64,000 nt of DNA from Candidatus Iainarchaeum sp. (GTDB lineage: Archaea > Iainarchaeota > Iainarchaeia > Iainarchaeales > DTGL01). The notes under the pieces were generated by a model, which was not told the origin of the DNA, made no database searches, and was given only the letters and a program-made list of their open reading frames with translations. Below, piece after piece: positions 28,258 to 38,247 of the stretch. Both the position numbers and the translations under genes were made by a program. The first letter of the stretch is position 1, and the number at the start of each line of letters is the position of its first letter. The stretch covers positions 4,618 to 68,617 of the forward strand of contig JAOAJX010000002.1 in assembly GCA_026413945.1 (NCBI GenBank). The letters run 5' to 3'.

Positions 28258-28281
28258 AATGCATATTAAGGAGGTGTATAG

Positions 28282-29397
28282 ATGGGGTTAATTACTGTGT
28301 CTTGCATAAAAGCAGATGTTGGAAGCCTTTCTGGGCATATCACAGTATTGCCGGAAATGATAAAAATGATGGAGGACCATCTTGATGCAGCTAAAAAAGT
28401 GGGCACAATAGTAGACTACCATGTTTTTAATTGTGGTGATGACCTTGAAACCGTGATGACCCACAGAAAAGGGCGTGATAATGCTGAAGTGCATAAACTA
28501 GCTTGGGATGGATTCATGAAGGTTGCAAATTATGCAAGAAGCAAGAAGCTTTACGCTGCAGGTCAAGATCTACTGAGCGACTCTTTCTCAGGCAATGTAA
28601 GAGGCCAAGGTCCAGGTATTGCGGAAATGACTTTCATGGAAAGAAAGTCAGATCCAGTGCTTATATTTGCTTGTGATAAGACAGAGCCGGCTGCTTTTAA
28701 CCTGCCGCTTTTCAAAGTATTTGCTGATCCCTTTACTACCGCAGGTCTTGTCATTGACCCGAAAGCAACTGCTGGTTTTTCATTTGAAATAATGGATGTC
28801 TATAAGCATTTGAAGGCAACACTGCATTGTCCTGAAGAAATGTATGCACTTTTGGCGCTCATAGGCACCACAAGTACTTATGCAATCAAGCGCATTTACA
28901 AAAAGGGCAGTGAATCACCAGAAGAGAGGATTGCTGCAGAGGTTTGCACTGAAAAGCTTAATGTTCTAGCAGGACAATATGTTGGCAAAGATGACCCAGT
29001 CTGCATTGTAAGAGCACAGAGCGGATTTCCATCAGTTGGTGAAGTTATTGAAGGCTTTACCTTAGGGCATTTAGTGAGCGGCTGGATGAGAGGTTCTCAT
29101 AAGGGTCCTTTAATGCCAGTGTCACTTAAGTATGCGACACCAACACGGTTCGATGGCCCACCGAGAGTTGTTGGCCTCGGCTTCCAGATTTGCAATGGAG
29201 AACTAATAGGTCCAAAGGATTTGTTTGACGATGTAAGCTTTGATCATGTAAGGGAAAGATGCAATTTGATAGCAGACTATATGCGAATGCACGGTCCATT
29301 TGAGCCACACAGAGTTAGCGAAAAAGAGCTTGAATATACAACACTACCAGATGTCCTAAAAAAGCTTGAGCAGAGGTTTAAGCCGACAGAGGAATAG
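28282..29397 (+). CDS. fbp: fructose-1,6-bisphosphate aldolase/phosphatase (class V)
   Basis: KADVGS..GH, GDD, YAAGQDLL, GNVRGQGP, YVGKDDP, GWMRGSH, TRFDGPP; SD GGAGGTG. Confidence 0.96.
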   Translation: MGLITVSCIKADVGSLSGHITVLPEMIKMMEDHLDAAKKVGTIVDYHVFNCGDDLETVMTHRKGRDNAEVHKLAWDGFMKVANYARSKKLYAAGQDLLSDSFSGNVRGQGPGIAEMTFMERKSDPVLIFACDKTEPAAFNLPLFKVFADPFTTAGLVIDPKATAGFSFEIMDVYKHLKATLHCPEEMYALLALIGTTSTYAIKRIYKKGSESPEERIAAEVCTEKLNVLAGQYVGKDDPVCIVRAQSGFPSVGEVIEGFTLGHLVSGWMRGSHKGPLMPVSLKYATPTRFDGPPRVVGLGFQICNGELIGPKDLFDDVSFDHVRERCNLIADYMRMHGPFEPHRVSEKELEYTTLPDVLKKLEQRFKPTEE

Positions 29398-29401
29398 TTC
29401 C

Positions 29402-30154
29402 ATGAAAGCAATAATACCCGCAGCCGGCTATGGCACAAGGCTGCGGCCTTTAACTTATTACATACCAAAAGCACTCATTGATATTGCTGGGAGGCCTGTG
29501 ATTGAGCACATACTCGACAAAATAGTTGAGCTTGGCTGTATTGATTCAGTTTATATAATATCAAACAATTATTACTATGATGTATTTGCAAAATGGCTTA
29601 AAGGAATAAGTATTAACAGCAATTATCCATTTCACATAGAAATAATCAATGATGGTACCAACAATGAGCAAGAGCGCTTAGGCGCAATAGGTGACAAATT
29701 GCTAGCAATAAGGCAGAATGGACTTGAATGCGAACTTCTAGACATAAGCAGTGATAATATATTCGATTTCTCACTTTTGCCAATCTACGATTTATATAAA
29801 AAGAAGAAAAGCTGTGTTTTGGGTGCCTATGATGTTGGCTCAATAGAGTTAGCAAAAAAATATGGGGTTTTAGCAGTTGACAAAAACTGGAAAATAATAG
29901 AATTCCAAGAAAAACCACCAGAACCAAAATCAACGCTTGCTAGCACAGGCATATACTTCTATACAAAAAAGATAGTAAAACTCTTTGAAGAGTATGCTAA
30001 TGCGGGCCATTGTCTTGATGCACCCGGTACTTTCATTCAGTGGCTACACAAAAAAGAAGATAGTTACGCTTATAATTGTAAAGGAAAATGGTTTGATATT
30101 GGCTCAATGGAATCTCTTGAAATAGCTAGGAGGGAGATGAAATGCGTGCCTTAG
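29402..30154 (+). CDS. sugar-phosphate nucleotidyltransferase
   Basis: MKAIIPAAGYGTRLRPLT..PKAL, FQEKP, WFDIGS. Start at MKAII. Confidence 0.9.
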   Translation: MKAIIPAAGYGTRLRPLTYYIPKALIDIAGRPVIEHILDKIVELGCIDSVYIISNNYYYDVFAKWLKGISINSNYPFHIEIINDGTNNEQERLGAIGDKLLAIRQNGLECELLDISSDNIFDFSLLPIYDLYKKKKSCVLGAYDVGSIELAKKYGVLAVDKNWKIIEFQEKPPEPKSTLASTGIYFYTKKIVKLFEEYANAGHCLDAPGTFIQWLHKKEDSYAYNCKGKWFDIGSMESLEIARREMKCVP

Positions 30155-31086
30155 TTACTGGCTGTGCAGGTTTTCTTGGCTCACATCTTTCAGAATATCT
30201 CATAGCCAATGATTACTATGTAATTGGCATTGATAACCTTTGTACTGGATCAGCAGAAAACATAAGGAATTTACCAAAAAAGAAATTCAAATTCGTAAAA
30301 GGGGATATAACAAAAAAAATTAAAGTGGCTGGTAAAATTGACGAAATATATAATCTTGCATCGCCAGCATCACCTTTGCATTACCAGCGCATGCCAATAG
30401 AGACTATGTTTGCAAACTCATTGGGTGTAAAAAACTTATTAGAGCTTGCAATAAAAAAAGATGCAGCTTTTCTACACACTTCAACTTCTGAGGTTTATGG
30501 CAACCCACTTATTCATCCACAGGTTGAGAGTTATTTTGGCAACGTAAATCCAATAGGGCCAAGGGCATGCTATGATGAATCAAAACGTTTTGCAGAGGCT
30601 TTAATCATAAACTATCAGCAGAGATTTGGCATGAAAACGAGGATTGCGAGGATATTCAATACATATGGCCCCAGAATGGCTATAAATGATGGTAGAGTTA
30701 TGCCAAATTTTATTATGCAGGCCATAAATAACGAACCGATAACTGTTTATGGTAAAGGTGAGCAAACAAGATCTTTTTGCTATGTAAGTGATACTATTGA
30801 AGGCCTTTACCGGCTAATGAAATGCAATTATTCAATGCCTGTAAATATCGGCAATCCACAAGAAAATAAGATTATTGAACTTGCAGAAATTATAATAAAG
30901 CTCACCGGATCGAAATCTAAAATAATTTACAAAGACATGCCAAAAGATGATCCTGAAAGAAGAAAACCTGACATTTCTTTGGCAAAAAAGCTTCTTTCTT
31001 GGGAACCAAAGATTGGGCTTGAAGAAGGGCTTTCAAAAACAATACCTTGGTTTAGACAATTTGTTAGAAAACAACCAAAACGTTAA
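30142..31086 (+). CDS. UDP-glucuronate decarboxylase (UDP-xylose synthase), extended SDR
   Basis: TGCAGFLGSH, LASPASP, STSEVYG, CYDESKR, FNTYGPRM, DDPERRKPDI. Confidence 0.92.
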   Translation: MRALVTGCAGFLGSHLSEYLIANDYYVIGIDNLCTGSAENIRNLPKKKFKFVKGDITKKIKVAGKIDEIYNLASPASPLHYQRMPIETMFANSLGVKNLLELAIKKDAAFLHTSTSEVYGNPLIHPQVESYFGNVNPIGPRACYDESKRFAEALIINYQQRFGMKTRIARIFNTYGPRMAINDGRVMPNFIMQAINNEPITVYGKGEQTRSFCYVSDTIEGLYRLMKCNYSMPVNIGNPQENKIIELAEIIIKLTGSKSKIIYKDMPKDDPERRKPDISLAKKLLSWEPKIGLEEGLSKTIPWFRQFVRKQPKR

Positions 31087-31115
31087 TATTAAAAAGAGTT
31101 TAATTTTTCATATGT

Positions 31116-32654
31116 TTGGTAATTATGTCTGATCTGCGTGAGAGAATAAGCAATTTGAACTTTTATCTAAGTTCTTGGCTTGATCTCTCGCATGGTTTAC
31201 ACAGCTATATTGTAGACCCCATCAGAAGTCAGCTTGCTTTCATTGATCCTGATAGTGCTTCTCAAGGTGCGCTATTGCTTGGCTATTTAAAGCTATATGA
31301 AAAGACCGCTGTGCAAGAATATTTAGACAGTGCATTGAAATGTGGTGAATGGCTGGTCGCAAACTATATATGGGAAGCAAACATATTCTACAACTCCTGT
31401 TTTGAGCATAAGCCCGGCAATGATGAGAACTATGCATCACTTTTCGGAAACGCTTACGCAACCCTTGCACTGACAAGGTTGTGCAGCGTATTAAAAAAAC
31501 AGAACATGAATTATAACAGGTTTTTCAATGTTGCAAAAAACAACATTGAGCGCTTTATAATAGCAAAGTGTTGGGACTATAAGAGATCGTTTTTAGAGTT
31601 TAGCCATAATAGTCAATTATTTAATCTTCCGGCAGCTGCAACAACAATCCGTGCAATTATGCGTTATTCGCTTTTGGTTGATGAACCTTCTATGATCACA
31701 GACTATTGCATTCCAACAGCTATACAACTACTTAAATTTCAATATAAAGATGGCTGTTTTGCAATGGATGAAAAAGATGAAATTTCCCCACTTTTCAGGT
31801 GTGCCTTTACAATAAAGGGTCTTGCTGAAATGTGTGAAGTAAGACAAGATGAAAAAGTTGTTGAGCGCCTAAAGGATGCTGTCTCTTTTTTGAACAAGAG
31901 CGTGCATCCTACAGAAAAGCTCTATTATTATGGATACAGAGGAAACACATTCCTTAAGTATCCACTTTATGTTGCGCATAGTGCTGTAATTGCTTCCACA
32001 ATCAAACAATTGGCACCATTAGGAATTAACAGCAATGTTGCTGATAGTGTTATTGAGAGCGTTTTATCAAGGCAATATTCTAATGGCGCTTTGCCTTCTT
32101 ACATTGGCTTTTGTAATGTTCTTTCTGAAATTTGTGAGAAGCCAAAGCAACCACTTTGGCAAGATGTCTTGCCTTGCCCAGCATGGAATGCTTTTGCCTT
32201 TGAATCATTAGCAAATCTCTTGCCGATTAAGGCAGAGCTACCACTAACAAACGCAGATTTTCCTTGCACATACGAGTCGAAGGATTATTCCATAACAGAA
32301 AGAAATTCTACGGTAATATTTTTTGCAAAAGATGGAAGCATAGCTGCAAAATGGTTTAAAGGTCACAGTAATTGGCTTTTTGGGAAGCTTTATATTACAG
32401 CAACTGAAGAAAAGAAAAAAAGCTCAAAGAAAATGCTTAAAAAAAGCGAAGCGACAACAAAAAAGAAGGCAAAGGTTTCTAAGAAAGCAGCCAAAGTTGA
32501 AGTAAAGGCAAACGTAGCCAAATTAGTGGAACAGAAGCAAAAAGAGCTTCAGCCAACGCAGCCAACACAAGAGCCTGAGAAACCTGCACAAACCCAACCA
32601 GTAATTCAAACAGAGAAACCAAAACGCTTTTTGTTTGGGCTTTTTAGGAGATAG
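31116..32654 (+). CDS. (alpha/alpha)-toroid protein with Lys-rich and Q/P linker and amphipathic C-terminus
   Basis: Helical repeats with Q..DG.F and Q..NG motifs; tail KRFLFGLFRR. Confidence 0.55.
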   Translation: MVIMSDLRERISNLNFYLSSWLDLSHGLHSYIVDPIRSQLAFIDPDSASQGALLLGYLKLYEKTAVQEYLDSALKCGEWLVANYIWEANIFYNSCFEHKPGNDENYASLFGNAYATLALTRLCSVLKKQNMNYNRFFNVAKNNIERFIIAKCWDYKRSFLEFSHNSQLFNLPAAATTIRAIMRYSLLVDEPSMITDYCIPTAIQLLKFQYKDGCFAMDEKDEISPLFRCAFTIKGLAEMCEVRQDEKVVERLKDAVSFLNKSVHPTEKLYYYGYRGNTFLKYPLYVAHSAVIASTIKQLAPLGINSNVADSVIESVLSRQYSNGALPSYIGFCNVLSEICEKPKQPLWQDVLPCPAWNAFAFESLANLLPIKAELPLTNADFPCTYESKDYSITERNSTVIFFAKDGSIAAKWFKGHSNWLFGKLYITATEEKKKSSKKMLKKSEATTKKKAKVSKKAAKVEVKANVAKLVEQKQKELQPTQPTQEPEKPAQTQPVIQTEKPKRFLFGLFRR

Positions 32655-35600
32655 TTAGGATTTCCTCTCTTTTATCTTTGTTATAAACATTATAACTATT
32701 GCTATAATTAAGACAAAATAAATATTTAGCTCGGCTGCTGCGGTTTCTTTAGGTTGACTTACAACTGAAATATATTTTCCTTGTTTACAATCAGAAGTTT
32801 TGCAAATACTATATCCTGGAATATCTAATTCTGCTTCAATATAATAAACACCTGGTTCTTGCACCGTACCAATTGCGACGTAATCTTTATTACACTTCAT
32901 TTTTATGTTTTGCAATACTGGTTTTGAACCCTTTATTGTTCCATCAGTTGGCCATAAACTAATTTTCAGGTTTAGATCGGCTGTGCAAGTTACACTAACT
33001 TCAATTGGTTCACCGACTTTTGTATTTTTTGCATTCAAAGATTTTATTGCATAAACTTCATTTGGAAATAAGTCAAAGGTTATACTTTTAATTCCTTGGT
33101 TTTTTTTGCACGAAATAGTGTAGCCATTATAAGAATAATAGATATCTATCCTTGGTTTTATTGTAAAAACTATTGACTCAATTATCACATCTGTTGCTTC
33201 ACCAGGCTTTAATATTATGCCCTTGCCTTGGATTACGCTTAGTTGTCCTTTTGGTTCTTTTAGTTCAATAGAATCTATTTTTACTGGATATTTATCTGTG
33301 TTTGTTACCCTAAACTTGGTAATTACTTTTTCCCAGCCACCAGTTGTTTGGAATCTAGTGTGTGTGACGTCAGATATTTCAATTTTATCAGTGTTGAAGA
33401 GAGTATTAGGGTCTACAACATTAAGAGTAACTTCCCCACTTAATGTAGCTGGCAAGAGGTTTTTATAAGGCGGTAATCCGACAGGGCCAGGAGAGCGGCT
33501 ATATGAATTTAGTTTTACATAGTGAGGCCTATTCCAGCAAAAGCCCAAAAAATAACCGCTATAACCAAGACAATCAACATCTAATGTTGCTTTTATTTTG
33601 TACTCTGAAGCGCCGGCTGGAACATTAAAGGATGTGCTCGGTGGAGCACTTGTTATGTCAAAACTTTGTTTTACTGAATTATTTTCATATATTTTTACAT
33701 TACCTTTGCAGAATATATTCCATGTGCTTAGTTGAGAACCTGGCGTAGTTACTCGACAAGTGTAGCAAGGAATATTGTTATGTTGGCCGGCTGGCTGTGG
33801 TTGACCTGATGGCACTGTACATTTAGCACACTTATATTCAAGCGGTTGACCAAGTACGTTATATTTACCAGTTGGTGAGTACAGGCAATCTTCACACGTT
33901 ATATTTTCAAGCGTATTTACACCTATTTGACAACCATTGCAGAGAGCATAGCTTTTTCCGTTTAATATTAGTTGTGGTTGAACTATATTAGCATTGCAGT
34001 ACTCGTTTATCCCATGTCCATAAAACATATCCCAAGATGAAATTTTATCGTAATCGCTTATTTTTTTCCATGCAATAGGCGGGCAAGAAGTATACCCCCC
34101 AGCAATCATAAAGTCTCCAGAAACACTTGAGTTCATGTCAAACTTTATTTGACCACCTTCTCCTTCACAATAAAGTACATTCCCACTTATAACTTTCCCA
34201 TCTAATGTAGTAAAAGTTGGTTCCCAACTGATACGCATATATGCCTTAACATAACTTTCCCAACAGGCTGGATCAGCAACATCTGGCGTTGTTGGGCAAA
34301 AAAGCTGAAATCCATCTATTTCAGCAGCCCTATGGGTTTCCATTAAACCAAGGAAAATTGACAATAAAATAAATAAAAAAGCCATTTTTATGACTTTTTT
34401 TTGTCTTAAATACTTCAATAAGAGTAATGATAACAAAGCAACTAATGCAAAGGTTGCAAAACTAATTCCAATTATCATGGACATACTCATACCTTTATTT
34501 CCAACATCTTTTACTACAATACCGGGAGTTATGTTTTCGTTTTTAATATTTGGAGTTTCTTGAATTTCTTTACTTTTTATTTCAGCTTCGGCAGTTATGG
34601 AATTGTTTTCTGCGAGTACTGCTCTTATAATATAGCTTTCTGTTACTATTGGCAAAATGACTTCGGTATTTCCAACGCAATCTGAAAGTTTAATTGTCTT
34701 TGTTGTAATTGGTTTAAGATCTTTCTTATTTATAACAATAAGGTTTACATTTTTTTCAAGTTTGCATCTGCTGCCAATGTCATCGACCAATTCTATCTCT
34801 GCAGCAACTTTGGGGCCATCCTCTATAAATTTGCAATTAATATTTAGTTTCATTTTTACATCAGCATACTTGCTGTAATCGTAATACGTTTCTTCAATAT
34901 CATGGAGACGCCCATTAATATCCCACAGTTTGGTTATTAGCTTACCTCTTGAGAGGTTTTTTTCTGCCTTAAATGGAACCTCAACAGCTCTCATTTCGTC
35001 TATTATCAGTATCGGTTTCACAGTTTCATGCAAAAGAGATTTTCCGCTTTCGTCTTGAAATTCAAATTCTATGCTGCCAAGCGTTGAAAAAGAATTAAAA
35101 TCGTTTATTGATACTTCACCAGGTTCTTTACCATCACCAACATAAACAGATTCAGAAAGAGTTTCACGTATGGTTGTTGATATTGAAAAACATGCACCAA
35201 TTGTTGTACTTTCACCTGCAGCTAAAGGAAACTTTGCTATTGAAGCGAAAGCTATTCTTGCTTTGGTTCCATGTATTGGGACTCGAATTGGCATAACACT
35301 CTTCTGCTGTGTTGCTTTATTCTCTGCAGTTATTATAACCATGTAAGCCTCTGGTGGTAATAGACCAAGTTCATATTTTATATCTTTTGTTGAGTCAGCA
35401 CCAATTTCGAACTCTTCAGTTTTCTGAAGGCCGCTAACTGCTTTCAGTTCAGCAATTATTGGACTATTTTCAGGAATAGCACCTTTTTTATTCAACTCTA
35501 ATAATCGCGGATATTTTACGTCATCCCACAAGTAAATTCTTTTTGTGACAATTACATCTTTTGCTTTACCAATATTTTTTAATGGAATTTTTATTGTCAA

Positions 35601-36221
35601 TGGTATGCCATATTCATACTCTGGCAAAAAGAAGTTTGGATTATACTGGGTTTCATTCACAAATACGGCTGTTCGATCAAAATATATATAGCTAACATCA
35701 TTGCTTTCTTTAACCTTAAATGTTATTCCAGTAGAATATAGACCTGTTACATCTGAGTGTCCTCCAAGACTATAAGAAGACATGTAGTAATAGAAAGCTA
35801 TTTTGTACCTTCCAGATGGAAGCCCATTGGGAATTTTCCAGTTAAAATCTACATGTTGCTGGCTATATGTTTTAAAACTTATTTCGTCTGGAATAAAAAA
35901 TTCATCAACAACGTCTTCACCAAAACCGAAACTACCTCTAAAGTAAGTCAGTACTTGTATTTTTATTTTACCTTCTGACATAGGATGTTCTATTGCACCA
36001 ACGATATCAAATGACCCAAAAATAGTTTCACCAGGCAAATATTCCAATTTATCTATAGTCAAATTTTCAAAGCGAACAGAAAAAGATCTGTGATATTTTT
36101 CACAAGGCACACAGCGACCTTTAACTCTAGCACAAATTGGTTCTTCCTCGGCACTAACAAAGGAATTCAATAAAATCAAGTAAATAAATAATATCAAAAA
36201 TAGCCACACTTTCGAAGCCAT
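32655..36221 (-). CDS. large surface protein, apparent fusion of two exported modules
   Basis: Signal peptide; TM plus basic patch, then internal signal-like MAFLFILLSIFLG at 34385; Cys-rich domain; C-terminal TM + KKR-type sorting-like tail. SD GGTGA-TTTT-ATG. Confidence 0.75.
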   Translation of the reverse strand: MASKVWLFLILFIYLILLNSFVSAEEEPICARVKGRCVPCEKYHRSFSVRFENLTIDKLEYLPGETIFGSFDIVGAIEHPMSEGKIKIQVLTYFRGSFGFGEDVVDEFFIPDEISFKTYSQQHVDFNWKIPNGLPSGRYKIAFYYYMSSYSLGGHSDVTGLYSTGITFKVKESNDVSYIYFDRTAVFVNETQYNPNFFLPEYEYGIPLTIKIPLKNIGKAKDVIVTKRIYLWDDVKYPRLLELNKKGAIPENSPIIAELKAVSGLQKTEEFEIGADSTKDIKYELGLLPPEAYMVIITAENKATQQKSVMPIRVPIHGTKARIAFASIAKFPLAAGESTTIGACFSISTTIRETLSESVYVGDGKEPGEVSINDFNSFSTLGSIEFEFQDESGKSLLHETVKPILIIDEMRAVEVPFKAEKNLSRGKLITKLWDINGRLHDIEETYYDYSKYADVKMKLNINCKFIEDGPKVAAEIELVDDIGSRCKLEKNVNLIVINKKDLKPITTKTIKLSDCVGNTEVILPIVTESYIIRAVLAENNSITAEAEIKSKEIQETPNIKNENITPGIVVKDVGNKGMSMSMIIGISFATFALVALLSLLLLKYLRQKKVIKMAFLFILLSIFLGLMETHRAAEIDGFQLFCPTTPDVADPACWESYVKAYMRISWEPTFTTLDGKVISGNVLYCEGEGGQIKFDMNSSVSGDFMIAGGYTSCPPIAWKKISDYDKISSWDMFYGHGINEYCNANIVQPQLILNGKSYALCNGCQIGVNTLENITCEDCLYSPTGKYNVLGQPLEYKCAKCTVPSGQPQPAGQHNNIPCYTCRVTTPGSQLSTWNIFCKGNVKIYENNSVKQSFDITSAPPSTSFNVPAGASEYKIKATLDVDCLGYSGYFLGFCWNRPHYVKLNSYSRSPGPVGLPPYKNLLPATLSGEVTLNVVDPNTLFNTDKIEISDVTHTRFQTTGGWEKVITKFRVTNTDKYPVKIDSIELKEPKGQLSVIQGKGIILKPGEATDVIIESIVFTIKPRIDIYYSYNGYTISCKKNQGIKSITFDLFPNEVYAIKSLNAKNTKVGEPIEVSVTCTADLNLKISLWPTDGTIKGSKPVLQNIKMKCNKDYVAIGTVQEPGVYYIEAELDIPGYSICKTSDCKQGKYISVVSQPKETAAAELNIYFVLIIAIVIMFITKIKERKS

Positions 36222-36256
36222 AAAATCACCCATTTTTGATATATAACTATTTATAT

Positions 36257-36729
36257 CTAATTAATAATTATTTCCTTTTCCAATATTATTTCTAAGTTTT
36301 GGATTTCTTTCAAAGTGTAACCCATACAATTAAAAAAGCTAACTGCAACAGCATTGCTTCTTTCAACCACTGCGATTAGTTTTTTGATCCCTTTCAGCTT
36401 GGCTTTTTCCTCAATCGAACTATGCAATTTTTTTGCCAATGCCTTGCCTCTGGTATTTGTCAGTAACAACAACGGCAACTTCAGCGATGCCTCTTTTTAT
36501 TATTGTGGCTCTAGCAACACCAACAAGGTGTTTAGTGGGCAATTCTACAACTATTGCAAACTCTTTTCTTTCGTCTAAAATGCAATAACGCTTGAGCATT
36601 TCGTAGCTCATTTCCTTTATTTTTTCAAAAAATCTTTTGCGAACAGTTTCTTTTGAGAATGACTTAAAAAGCAAGCATCTTTGGAATATCTTCGGGAGTT
36701 ATTTCCCTCAGCAAAAGCCCCTTCACCAT
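36257..36729 (-). pseudogene. GNAT acetyltransferase disrupted by two frameshifts
   Basis: MVKGLLLREITPEDIPKMLAF | FKSFSKETVRKRFF...EVAVVVTDKYQRQGIGKK | LHSSIEEKAKLKGIKKL. Shifts at T5 (36666-36670) and A7 (36428-36434). Confidence 0.85.
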
Positions 36730-36781
36730 AAGCTATTTTTCTTTAAATCAAATTTAAATTTTGATTTGTTCAAATACTTAT

Positions 36782-37759
36782 ATGTCTAGGTTAAAAAGAT
36801 TAAAGGAAATACCTTTGGAAAAGCTCAATGCTAAAAAATTTATCTTAGAAAAAACAAAAGAAATTCAAGCAAAGGTTGGCGCTGAAAAAGCCATTTGTGC
36901 GCTTTCGGGCGGCGTTGACTCTGCAGTTGTTGCAATGCTTGGCCATAAAGCAATTGGCAATAGAATGAAAACCTATTTTGTTGACTCTGGCTTAATGAGA
37001 GATGGTGAAAAGGAGGAAGTTATTGAGACTTTTAAGCAACTTGGAATTCATGTTAATACCATACAAGCCAGCAAAATTTTCTTTAATAGATTAAAAGGTA
37101 TTAAAGATCCAGAAAAAAAGAGGGAGGCAATAACATTCGCTTTTTACAGAGACGTATTCCCAAAAATAATGAAAAGGGAAGGCACAAAGTTTCTGCTGCA
37201 TGGCACAAATTATACTGACATTGAAGAAACAGTGAAAGGCATAAAAAGACAGCACAATATCCTATCGCAAATAGGCCTTAACACAATCAAAGAATTTGGT
37301 TGTATTGTGCTTGAGCCATTGGCTGAGCTTAGAAAACCAGCAATTCGTGTTATAGCAAAAGAGCTTGGCTTACCAAAAGAAATCTATGAAAGAGTGCCAT
37401 TTCCGGGGCCAGCGCTTGCAGCTCGTGTCATTGGTGAAGTAACGCTGCAAAAAATAGCCGTGGTGAGAAAAGCCACAAAGATTGTTGAAGAAGAGCTTAG
37501 AGAAACAAATGCTTTCCAATATTTAGCCATATTGCACGAAGATAAGATTACTGGCATAAAAGAAAATAAACGAGTTTTTGGCAATCAGATTGAAGTGAGG
37601 TGCTGGGAAAGTGAAGATGCTTCAAAAGCAAGGCCAACTGAGCTAAGCTATCAAAAGCTGGCAAGGATTGCTCAAAGAATTACGAATGAGATTCCAAGTG
37701 TTGTGAGTGTTACTTATAATATTTCAAAAAAGCCGCCCTCAACAATAGAAGCAGTTTAG
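36782..37759 (+). CDS. guaAB: GMP synthase ATP-pyrophosphatase subunit B
   Basis: ALSGGVDSAV, HGTNYTDIEE, PFPGPALA, YNISKKPPSTIE. Confidence 0.9.
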   Translation: MSRLKRLKEIPLEKLNAKKFILEKTKEIQAKVGAEKAICALSGGVDSAVVAMLGHKAIGNRMKTYFVDSGLMRDGEKEEVIETFKQLGIHVNTIQASKIFFNRLKGIKDPEKKREAITFAFYRDVFPKIMKREGTKFLLHGTNYTDIEETVKGIKRQHNILSQIGLNTIKEFGCIVLEPLAELRKPAIRVIAKELGLPKEIYERVPFPGPALAARVIGEVTLQKIAVVRKATKIVEEELRETNAFQYLAILHEDKITGIKENKRVFGNQIEVRCWESEDASKARPTELSYQKLARIAQRITNEIPSVVSVTYNISKKPPSTIEAV

Positions 37760-38244
37760 CGGCTTGACCAAGGATAAACAACCCAGCCGTCTGCTTCTTT
37801 TGCAAAATAATCTGGCCTGAATTTAGACCAGGGTTTCCAATGCACTGTTAAGAACTTTACTTGCTCCGGTTTTTGCCTTTCTATGTAATTTTTTACTGCA
37901 ATGCAAGTAGCTCCACTATCAGAGACTTCGTCCACAACTAAAACCTTCTTGCCCTTAATGCTTTTATTGAGTTTTTGTACAATCACCGGCTTTTTGTTTG
38001 TTTTCATGCCATTTTTTACTATATCGTCTTTATAATATTCCACTTTTATTACATAAAGTTCATTATTCTTGAGTTCATGCGATATTATTTGAGCTGGCAC
38101 AAGACCGCCGCGACTGACAGCAATTATAACATCTGGTGAAAAACCATCGCTCTTTATTTGAGAAACAAGTTGCCTACAGAGCAAGTCAAATTCATCCCAA
38201 GAAACAGAAATCTTTTTTTCTATGTTTTTTTCGTTGGCACCCAT
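37756..38244 (-). CDS. type I phosphoribosyltransferase (xanthine/guanine PRT-like)
   Basis: AVSRGGLVPA, VLVVDEVSDSGAT, WVVYPW. Confidence 0.88.
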   Translation of the reverse strand: MGANEKNIEKKISVSWDEFDLLCRQLVSQIKSDGFSPDVIIAVSRGGLVPAQIISHELKNNELYVIKVEYYKDDIVKNGMKTNKKPVIVQKLNKSIKGKKVLVVDEVSDSGATCIAVKNYIERQKPEQVKFLTVHWKPWSKFRPDYFAKEADGWVVYPWSSR

Positions 38245-38247
38245 ATT

